From: a virus
Reading direction: 5' to 3' (one strand)
Virus record (IMG/VR): IMGVR_UViG_3300017971_004694
DNA length: 64,000 bases
The notes under the pieces are model-generated. The model saw only the letters and a program-made list of their open reading frames with translations, did no database searches and was not told where the DNA came from. The position numbers and the translations under genes were made by a program. This document shows positions 19,409 through 28,900 of the stretch, piece after piece; positions within the stretch are counted from its first letter, which is position 1, and every line of letters starts with the position of its first letter.

Positions 19409-22400
19409 TTATCCTGGAAATTGCCAAACAGCAGATCTGCCTGGTATTCCTGCAGTTGATGCATTCATGGTAAGTGTGCCAACCGAAGCGACTCTAAGTC
19501 CAATTTCAACAGTATGCGGCCCAACGGTCAAATGTTCATCTCTAAGTGAACCTGAAATTCCTCCCCAAGCACCAGATGCTATATAGGTAGCAGCGAAACG
19601 TCGCCAAGTGCCACTATCTATACGATACCCTAGCCAAGGCGTAGAAGCACCGGAACTTGAAAGAGACATGGAAGCCTCAATTAGAATTTCATCTCCATCT
19701 CTTATTACAATATTATGCGTATTTATTGTAACAAAAGATGTAGTAATACTTCCCACATCTGCGGAGTTTTTCTGAGCGTCTACAAGTGTTCCCCTAATGC
19801 CTTGGTTAGTAATCTGTGTAGACAGGCCATAGTCATCCATATAATGCAACTCGGTATAGCCGTCCACTTCTTTCGTATAAATTAAACCAGCGTCATCTAG
19901 TGGAGATGGGTCAGACATCTCATCCAAATTTACATAGCCATCTGGGAATACTGTGATTTCAGCAGCGCCATTGCTATCAGTTACACCTATATTGTTGCCA
20001 GTAAAGTTAAACGCCTGCGGTTGACCCAATAAGTCGTAGCCATCATTTTGAATTGGAACAAGGCCGCCGCGATATCTTGTAATAAAGAGCGACGATACAC
20101 CTCTTGTTGCATCGCCTTCGATTGCTAGTGTACCTGAAGAGACATATGCCTGAGCCTTGATTGTATGCGAACCCGCAGATAGTCCGGCAATCGGAATGGC
20201 TATATCAAGGTTGGTACCTCCCGACGAATACGAAGCGCGTACGGATTCGTCAACAGGCGTACCATCTAGCACTATGCGAGACCATGCGCCTGCAGCGGTA
20301 GAGGTCGTCGCCGTCGCCCGCAGATATACAAAGACCGTTTCGTCTTCAGACGTATCAAAGGTGAGTTCGAGCTTATTCGCGCCATCGTCAATATCGGTCC
20401 AAGTACCTCCGATACCAGTTTGATCGGTTGTCAACGAAATGCTATCTGTCAGGCTGCCTCCAGCCCCAGAGCCGGTGACGGCCTGAAGCCGGATAAATGG
20501 AGCACCAACGGGTCCGCTGCCCCCATTTATGTCCATATCATTGGTATATGAACCAGCAGTCACTTCTTTACAATATGCCGTTACTTTATGTACACCAGCA
20601 ACCAAATTAACATGACCTTCAAATACTGTATGATCCCAACCACCAGGAGCCTTCCGCGTCTGCCAGTCTTCATTGTATCCGACGGACTGCTCTTCAGCCT
20701 CTCCCTCATCGAACACGAGTCTGAACTGTGCCGATGTGTGAGATTGACCACTGGGAACATTGACTATTACCCCAAGCATTGCTCGATATATACCAGATAC
20801 CCTGGCAGTAAATTCCATATATGCATCAGGGCCAGCTGGGTCAGGAATTATCTGATTTTCGGCTCCGCTACCATTTATGTCGATATTGGCTGATGGCTGG
20901 CCGTCGCTAATTTCAATGTAGTCGCCTGGTGCAGCAATGGCCCCATTTCCAAGTCGCCCCTGAACAGTAATCTGTGTCTCATTACCAGAACTATCACGAC
21001 TAAATAATTCTGTAACACCGTTACTATCTTTAGCATAAAGAGATAAACTACCTACTTGCTGCGATAGTTCAACCCCCTCCAATAATCTTATGCCTCTCAA
21101 AGAGTTATAAGTAGCAAGATATCCATCTTGGGTGATCTGAGTAACTTGACCATAATTATCCATAAAGAATAGTTCAGAAGTGCCATACGCATCATCATTC
21201 TTAGCATAAAGAAATCCACGATCATCGTCGGTGGCGTTTGGATCTGTGATTTCGGACAGGCTAACATAACCATCAAGATCAAGTGCTTCGTCACCAGAAG
21301 CGTCTATTTGAACCGCGCCAGCATCAGCAGTTATCGCTCTGCCGCCTATATATGCCTGATCAAGTGTGCTCGCACCAGAAATCATGGAAGATTCCAGATC
21401 AGCAAGATACCCATCGACATAACCCCTAACAATAACAAGAAATGAAATTGGGCCCACATTTTGAGAGCCCCATCTAAAATAAGCATCTCCATTGTGCAAC
21501 GGCACCAAGGCCCTATTAGCATCACGCGCACTAAGATCACAACTTATAAAAGCTCCAGGGCTTGCTCCAGATATTGTTGGAGTATACAAAACTTCGCCGC
21601 TTTCAATAAAAAGATCATATATCTCACCGCCATCCGTATCCATATTGGCTGAAAAATCAACCTGCGCCGCAGAAATTGGCACTGCATCCCTTAGATCGTT
21701 TTGTGTGCCGCCACCTGGACCTGCACCAGATGTACTAAAAGAATACCATGTGTTTGCTGTTGGTGTTATCTCTGTTGCCCCACCACTACCACTATCATAC
21801 AACCACAATGTACTATCTGTGGCATCTGGATAATCAAACTTGTTGCCAGTTTGACTTACTATTCTTAACTTAGAAGAACCATCAATATAATAAACAGCCC
21901 CTAAGTATTTATAAATCGAATAATCTGCTGGCCCAAACCCAGGGTGCTGGTCAGAAGCTATAATACCAAAATAACCAGAATTATTAGTATCAGGAACTGC
22001 ATAATTATAATACCATGTGCCACTAGTAAGAGCAGCGCTAGGTTCGCGCCCGCCCAATCCCGTAGTGCTTATATCCATCGAGATAGGGCTAGTTGCCTGA
22101 TAGCGCACCCCATTATTAAATGTCAGCCGCAAATCATCGTTAGCTCCTGGTGCTGCCACATATTCATACTGATTGTCGCTAACATTATCCACAATAGGAG
22201 CATTTTCTGGTTGAATATAGCCGCCTCGGAATCTTATTACTTGTAACCTAGCTCCCGCCAAAATTTGTATTGAAGTTGAAGAAGTTTGCGCCTGAACCAT
22301 AATGGTCACAGAACCGGCTGAAAGTTCACCAGTGATTACTGGGGTAAATGAACCAAGTGCTGTTGTGTACCCCGATGAATTACTTTCTCCCTGTACTGAT

Positions 22401-23665
22401 AAAGGATATGCAGTTGCCCCTACCAAATACTGAATATCGATTCTGTTTGCGCCACCAGAATGAACAGATTTACCTGACAGCACTAGCATAATGCGCTCGC
22501 CTTCAACAACATCTACAGTTACCGACAGAGAATCCCCACTACCATTATCAACATCAACGAATGAGGTGCTGGATGTTGTGAAAGTCGATGCCAAAGCCAC
22601 CTCTTCGACCAGTATACCTTCTGCTACGCCATTAAAGTTTATCGTAGCGGTCCCATCAATATCTGTAATGTCAACATTGGGTCCAACAAAATCAAATGCC
22701 TGTGGCTGTCCCACAATATCATAACCATCTTTCCGAATTGGAACAAGACCGCCACGGAATCTCCGCACCCAGGTACTACATTTTGGATAATATCCCCAAC
22801 CAGACAGCCACTCGGTATCACCACCTAAAAAGTTCATGGGCTGGTTGTTTACCTCACCTGCAAAATCAATTGTATGACTACCAGCTGATAGCGTAAGAAT
22901 CTTGGTGCCAACAAAAGTATATTCGTATTCGTTGGAGCAGAAGTCGCACATTACCCATGATCCTGAGTCAACACGATATAACACCGACCGGCCTGTTGGG
23001 GTACTTATGTTCTTATAGGTAGGAATAAACCAACCAATCTCTACCTGTTCATCCTGATAGGTAGTAAATGTTAAAGACAAATCAGTCAGTAGCGTTGCCG
23101 TAGCATTAACAGATATAGTCTGGTCAGATGTTTTTTCTGCTGTGCTCAGTAATGTACCCCCAGCTCCAGAACCCGAAATTAACTGCAACGTTACTTGAGG
23201 AGCAAGAACAGGAACAAGACCAACGATCCTCCACGCAGTTCCGTTAGTTTCTTGTCCATACACTTTAAGCGTGTGAGTACCAGCCGTTAAATCTACTTCT
23301 CCGGAAAGTGTTGGCAAAACATATGCGTTGCTCGCTGTGCGAACTTCCCAGTCAGAGTCATCGCCAACTGTTTGTTCTGCACTGTCATTTTCATCAAATA
23401 GAAGTTTATATCGCACACTTACAGCGCCAGTACCAAATAACGTTATATTGACTGTAACCAAATATTTTCCAGCTACAGGAACATCAAAAGTATGATAATT
23501 AGTATCTCCAGAGCCACCAGGTGGCGTATCAGGCCATGGTGAAACCTGCACAGAGCCAGCAGGAGCATCATAGTTGACTCCTGGAGGATTTTCACCGTGT
23601 ATAACTATTAGAGAGCCTGGGGCAGAAAATATGGCATCTCCTAATTGATCGATTTTAATGGTCAT
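19409..23665 (-). CDS. Repeat-module virion-like protein 3 (putative fibre/adhesin)
   Basis: 1418 aa; repeated beta modules, GGLVPI..DGY linkers, ELF.D..G..QIT modules. Confidence 0.6.
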   Translation of the reverse strand: MTIKIDQLGDAIFSAPGSLIVIHGENPPGVNYDAPAGSVQVSPWPDTPPGGSGDTNYHTFDVPVAGKYLVTVNITLFGTGAVSVRYKLLFDENDSAEQTVGDDSDWEVRTASNAYVLPTLSGEVDLTAGTHTLKVYGQETNGTAWRIVGLVPVLAPQVTLQLISGSGAGGTLLSTAEKTSDQTISVNATATLLTDLSLTFTTYQDEQVEIGWFIPTYKNISTPTGRSVLYRVDSGSWVMCDFCSNEYEYTFVGTKILTLSAGSHTIDFAGEVNNQPMNFLGGDTEWLSGWGYYPKCSTWVRRFRGGLVPIRKDGYDIVGQPQAFDFVGPNVDITDIDGTATINFNGVAEGILVEEVALASTFTTSSTSFVDVDNGSGDSLSVTVDVVEGERIMLVLSGKSVHSGGANRIDIQYLVGATAYPLSVQGESNSSGYTTALGSFTPVITGELSAGSVTIMVQAQTSSTSIQILAGARLQVIRFRGGYIQPENAPIVDNVSDNQYEYVAAPGANDDLRLTFNNGVRYQATSPISMDISTTGLGGREPSAALTSGTWYYNYAVPDTNNSGYFGIIASDQHPGFGPADYSIYKYLGAVYYIDGSSKLRIVSQTGNKFDYPDATDSTLWLYDSGSGGATEITPTANTWYSFSTSGAGPGGGTQNDLRDAVPISAAQVDFSANMDTDGGEIYDLFIESGEVLYTPTISGASPGAFISCDLSARDANRALVPLHNGDAYFRWGSQNVGPISFLVIVRGYVDGYLADLESSMISGASTLDQAYIGGRAITADAGAVQIDASGDEALDLDGYVSLSEITDPNATDDDRGFLYAKNDDAYGTSELFFMDNYGQVTQITQDGYLATYNSLRGIRLLEGVELSQQVGSLSLYAKDSNGVTELFSRDSSGNETQITVQGRLGNGAIAAPGDYIEISDGQPSANIDINGSGAENQIIPDPAGPDAYMEFTARVSGIYRAMLGVIVNVPSGQSHTSAQFRLVFDEGEAEEQSVGYNEDWQTRKAPGGWDHTVFEGHVNLVAGVHKVTAYCKEVTAGSYTNDMDINGGSGPVGAPFIRLQAVTGSGAGGSLTDSISLTTDQTGIGGTWTDIDDGANKLELTFDTSEDETVFVYLRATATTSTAAGAWSRIVLDGTPVDESVRASYSSGGTNLDIAIPIAGLSAGSHTIKAQAYVSSGTLAIEGDATRGVSSLFITRYRGGLVPIQNDGYDLLGQPQAFNFTGNNIGVTDSNGAAEITVFPDGYVNLDEMSDPSPLDDAGLIYTKEVDGYTELHYMDDYGLSTQITNQGIRGTLVDAQKNSADVGSITTSFVTINTHNIVIRDGDEILIEASMSLSSSGASTPWLGYRIDSGTWRRFAATYIASGAWGGISGSLRDEHLTVGPHTVEIGLRVASVGTLTMNASTAGIPGRSAVWQFPG

Positions 23666-23707
23666 GTTTTAAAAAACCTCTGTTTTATGCTCTGCCTTTC
23701 TCCTTTC

Positions 23708-25768
23708 TTATGATCTGTATATGGCAATATACCAATCGCCAGATGAGCCCGAAGCTACAAATTCCGCCCTATTAAGCGACGTATTATAAGTCCATTCGAT
23801 TTTACTAACTCCAAGAGAGCTAACATATCGCATTAATACGCCATTCCTATAAACATCCAAATCTCTTAAAGAACGCCTACTAGGTGCAATCATTGGCACT
23901 TGTGAAAGCTGAATGAATGTTTCAGTTCCATCTGTAGATGCCGGATCCAACTCATCTTCATAAGCAGTTGCGCCTATATTGAGTTTTCCATTATTTGTAA
24001 TTTGCACTGATTGACCAGCATGATTCATATAGAATAATTCAAGGGCTGCAGGATTGTATCCGTCATAGGCATCTAAAACGTAAATCTCACCCTTGTTAAA
24101 CTGCGGCTGCGGATCTTCAATCAAATAATGTAAACCAAGGTAGCCGTCAAGGTTCATAGCCTCATAGGCATCATATGCGTCAACATGGAAAGGTGTTCCT
24201 GGTACTATAACAATAGTATTTCCACTGTTATAAGCTTGCTGAAGAGTTCCACCACCTGCACCACCTGGTAAGTTGCCAACTTGAACTTTCTTTTTATTAT
24301 TGGAATCGGCACTATCTTCTATAAGAAGCAAATCAGCTGCCACTGGAACTGCCTTTGCTGCTATGGCAGCAATTTCGCCAGCAACATTGTCATGAATTGC
24401 ATCCGGATCGTTTCCGCCACCCCCAATTATAGAGCCCTTATCGGTAATTTGTATTGCAGATCCGTAGCTATCCATATAATGGAATTCTGTATATCCATCG
24501 ATATCTTTCGTATACATAATTCCAATATCTGGAGATGGAGTCGGATCGGGAATTTCTCCCAACGCCAAATATCCATCGGCTATAATATTGTCACCAGTTC
24601 CTCGTACTTGCACTGCTCCAAGAACAGGATTGTTGATTTCAGCGGTTCCTGCTGGATCTCCTGGCCCAGTGCCTGTATCAATAGTAATGTCTATATTGTG
24701 CGTGCCAGCAGATAAATTAGTAACAACATATGAGAAAGATACGTTAGTTGCTTCCAATCCGCCACCGAGAACAGCCGCTAATATTGTAGTATAATAAGTA
24801 TATACGGTAGTGCTCCCTACCGTTAAATGAATATATATATTTTCATATGGATTTGGTGGCACAGTAGTTGGCTTAACCGAACCTGAAAAAGATACCAGTA
24901 TATCTTCTCCAGCCTTTGTTGTAATGCTTGTGAAAACAACAGGAGGAGAAGGAAATGAACCAGTTGGTATGCCTGTTGCTCCTTTTAGTGCATCGTCAAC
25001 AGTGCCAACCAAACCGGACCCCATATCTGACATTTGATACGCCTGTCCATAATCGTCCATAAAGAACAACTGGTTATATCCATCTACCGACTTCACATAT
25101 AATAGGCCCTTTCCAGGAATTGGCTCAGGATCATAGCCATCGACAAGTCCGATGTAGCCGTCTATATTAAGTGCCTCGTAGCCGTATGCGTCAACAATAA
25201 TTGGTCCATCTACTAAATAGAGATCAGCACCATTAAGATAAGCCTGCTGTAATGTAAGAGAGCCACCGCCACCACCGCTAATTTGTCCATTACTAGTTAT
25301 CTGTATATCATTACCTGAGCTGTCACGCGCAAAAAGCTCAGTATTACCGGAGACTGTTTTTGCAAACAGCGTGAAGCTACCAGGCTGGTTAGGTAGATCT
25401 TCGCCCTCAAGAAGTCTAACGCCACGGAGGCTGTTATAAGTAGCTAAATACCCATCTTGCGTAATTTGAGTTACTTGACCATAACTGTCTATAAAGAATA
25501 ATTCGGTTGTACCGTATGCATCGTCTTCTTTCGTATATATGCTGCCATAATTGTCCAATGTGGGAGGATCCACATCCCTTTCTGGCATAGGCAAGTAACC
25601 ATTAACTAATCCAGAACCTCCAGAAGCAACTCCAAATTCGAGTCCATCTTCTCCAGCTTTTACTATTATTGCTTTGCCACTCTGTCCAGCATAACTGCTA
25701 GGAGTATCCAGCAAATCTGTAAATTCTGAATAGCCATCGTCAATCTGAAAAGGCTGTAATTTAACCAC
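23708..25768 (-). CDS. Repeat-module virion-like protein 2
   Basis: 686 aa, GTG start with CGGAGGT RBS; five ELF.D..G..QIT-type modules; LTDTPSSY-like N-terminus as in fibre proteins. Confidence 0.6.
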   Translation of the reverse strand: MVKLQPFQIDDGYSEFTDLLDTPSSYAGQSGKAIIVKAGEDGLEFGVASGGSGLVNGYLPMPERDVDPPTLDNYGSIYTKEDDAYGTTELFFIDSYGQVTQITQDGYLATYNSLRGVRLLEGEDLPNQPGSFTLFAKTVSGNTELFARDSSGNDIQITSNGQISGGGGGSLTLQQAYLNGADLYLVDGPIIVDAYGYEALNIDGYIGLVDGYDPEPIPGKGLLYVKSVDGYNQLFFMDDYGQAYQMSDMGSGLVGTVDDALKGATGIPTGSFPSPPVVFTSITTKAGEDILVSFSGSVKPTTVPPNPYENIYIHLTVGSTTVYTYYTTILAAVLGGGLEATNVSFSYVVTNLSAGTHNIDITIDTGTGPGDPAGTAEINNPVLGAVQVRGTGDNIIADGYLALGEIPDPTPSPDIGIMYTKDIDGYTEFHYMDSYGSAIQITDKGSIIGGGGNDPDAIHDNVAGEIAAIAAKAVPVAADLLLIEDSADSNNKKKVQVGNLPGGAGGGTLQQAYNSGNTIVIVPGTPFHVDAYDAYEAMNLDGYLGLHYLIEDPQPQFNKGEIYVLDAYDGYNPAALELFYMNHAGQSVQITNNGKLNIGATAYEDELDPASTDGTETFIQLSQVPMIAPSRRSLRDLDVYRNGVLMRYVSSLGVSKIEWTYNTSLNRAEFVASGSSGDWYIAIYRS

Positions 25769-25850
25769 TTTGTGGTACCTCCGAGAAAATATATTTCTTA
25801 AACCTTACCTTTCTATTATCTATGAATTCCTGGCAGAAAAATTGCACTCT

Positions 25851-25889
25851 CTACCACTCGGAAATTTGAAATGATTTTACCTTTGCCAC
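25851..25889 (-). pseudogene. 12-codon remnant (MAKVKSFQISEW*) resembling the start of the next gene (MVKLQPFQIDDG)
   Basis: Duplicated RBS/start context CGGAGGTA..C.CAAAGTG at 25889 and 25768. Confidence 0.45.
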
Positions 25890-25930
25890 TTTGAGGTTTA
25901 CCTCCGGTAAATATTTATATTTCTCCTTCC

Positions 25931-28900
25931 TTAACTTACTATAGCCCTATCAGTAACGCGGCGCCAATTAGTCCCATCAGAAAATGCCGGAACTGCGCCA
26001 CCAGATTCGTCTGGCACAAAAACCATTTGTCCGGCTGGAGACGCAGCTGGCAATTGTGCTACATTATAGCTAGGCAACAGATTATAAAGCGCCCCTCTTC
26101 TCGTAATTTGAACGGACTCATCATAATTATCTACGTGATGAAGCTCAGAATACCCATCTACATCTTTGGAATACAACAAACTGGCGTTGTCCAAACCTAC
26201 CGGATCGGAAATTTCATCCAGAGTAATATATCCATCTATCTCAAGTGCTTCATCACCTGATGCATCAATAATAACAGAACCAGCATCAGCTGTGATCAAC
26301 CTTCCCGCTCCAGGGCCACCCTCATCATATGCTTGGTCAAGCGTATTATGAGTTACAGCAAGCGAGCCGCCTTGAGTAATTTGCGTAATTTGACCCGAAT
26401 GATCCATATATAATAGTTCTAGGCCATAACCAGGGACATCATATACAAACAACTGCCCCTTGTTAAATTGCGCATCTGGATAACCATCCAAATAATGTAA
26501 ACCAAGATAGCCATCAAGATTTAGTGCTTCGTAAGAATCATATGCGTCAATGTGTACTGGCACCCCAGGCCAAACTATTATCGTGTTTCCGTTGGCATAG
26601 GCTTGCTGCAAGGTTACATTGTGCGGGTTAGAAGTATCATTGGCATGATTGTTAAAAACCGATAGTGTTGCATAGCTATCAAGCAACGTCTTTTCAGCAA
26701 GAGGATCAATATCCGCCAAAGTGGCATAGCTATCAAGCAACGTCTTTTCAGCAAGAGGATCAATATCCACCAAAGTGGCATAGCTATCAAGCAACGTCTT
26801 TTCAGCAAGAGGATCAATATCCACCAAAGTGGCATAGCTATCAAGAAGCGCCTTTTCAGCAAGAGGATCAATATCCACCAAAGTGGCATAGCTATCAAGA
26901 AGCGTGCTATCAATAAGAGTTGCATCTGATACCAAAGCATTAAGCTCAGCAAGAGTGCTACTGGTGTGTTCCGAACCACCCAAAGCGTGCTTGGCTAGAG
27001 TTCCACCCTGAGTAATTTGTGTAACCACCCCAGCATGATCCATGTAGAGCAGTTCGAGCCCAGAACCAGGAACATCAAATACGAACAATTGACCTTTATC
27101 AAACTGAGCATCTGGGTAGCCGTCAAGATAATGTAAACCAAGGTAGCCATCAAGATTAAGGGCCTCATAAGAATCATAGGCATCAATGTGAACTGGCATT
27201 CCAGGTATTATTATAATGCTGTTTCCACTAATATAAGCTTGTTGAAGCGTTACATTGTGAGGGTTGGACATATCCGAAGTATGATTTGTTAAAGCCGTTG
27301 TTGTCGCATAACTATCAAGTAGCGTATCATCAATAAGGGTTGCGTCCGACACCAAAGCATTGAGTTCAGCAAGAGTGCTGCTGGTATGTTCAATTCCACC
27401 CAAAGCGTGTTTGACCAGAGTTCCATCCTGAGTCAATCTTACCGCAACACCATAATTATCCATATAGAATAGCTCAGTATAGCCGTCCATAAGCTTCCCG
27501 TATAGATAACCGTCATATCCATCTGGATCCACTGATGGATCTGCCACCTGCTGTTCTATTCTTATATAATCAAGATCTCCAATTTGTATATCTGCTACGC
27601 CATTATTATCAGCTACTATAACCCTGCCTGTAAAGTTAAAGGCGGCTGGAATATCAACAATGGTTGTTCCCTCATCTTGAATTGGAACCAAACCACCACG
27701 GAACTGTAGAACTTGTAGTGTTCCATAGGCATCAACGGTTAAAGTGCCAGCGCCATCCTTCATTATTTGAAAGCTGGCTGTGTGATTTCCAGCCGTAAGA
27801 GGTGGTGTTACATAGCTCTTACTAATGTCTTTAGCTTGGCTCAAACCTTCTCTTACACCGTCTTGATATCTATATCCATCAACAGCAAAAGAAGTAAAAG
27901 CATTAACAACAGAGGTTGTACTAATACTTCCACTATAGACAAGCAGAACTTCTTCATTTTCTACAGTATCAAAGCTCACATTGAGTTCGGTAACAGTTTC
28001 CCAAGTATCTACGGACACATAGTTTTTACTAACTGTGAGCATAGTTTGGTCAGACAAAGCGCCGCCTGCTCCAGAACCTGCAAGATTTATAGCCACAAGG
28101 TTTACATAATCATCTGTGTTGATTTGAGCACCTGAGCCGCCGCCGTCATTCTGGTATTGTACAGTAATCTTGTGATTTCCGAAGCCCATTTCAACCATAT
28201 GAGTAGTAAAAGAAGCGGAATAGTGCTCACCAGAAGTAACACTAATAATATTCCAAGCATCATTATCAGTTGGTTCTATAATTTGTTCTGTAAATCCATT
28301 GTAGTCGCCTTTATCTACAATAACACGGAAATTGGTGCGTTGAGAAACTCCAGAAGCCTGATACACCTGGACATTGAACGTAAGAATGTAGCTGCCCGCC
28401 ACAACAGCATCAAAATATCCGTCGGCTCCAGTTATATCTACGAAGGATGTAGATGTTAGACCAACGGCAACAGAAGGTACGAATTCTATTACTGCGTCTG
28501 CGAATCCAGAGTTGGTAACAGCAGTGGTATTTAGTCTGCCACCAAGCGTTACCTGTGTCTCATTCCCGCCACTATCTTTTGTAAATAGCTCGGTTATACC
28601 GTTGCTGAGTTTGGCGTAGAGTGAAACTCTTCCAACCTGATCTGTAAATTCTGTTCCCTCAAGAAGACTTACGCCTCTAAGAGAATTGTAAGTGGCCAAA
28701 TATCCGTCTTGTGTAATTTGAGTGATCTGGCCACTGTCATCCATATAAAATAGTTCAGAGGTTCCGTATGCGTCATCATTTTTGGAATATAGGAAACCCT
28801 TGTTGGCTACATTTGTAGGATCAGTAATCTCATTGAGCAGCATATAGCCGTCAAGTTCCAGCGCATCATTTCCAGAAGCATCCATAACCACAGCGCCTGC

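Noticed and set aside
26671-26904. CRISPR array
   Set aside because: Head-to-tail 54-bp units without unique spacers, in frame inside a CDS; no cas genes.
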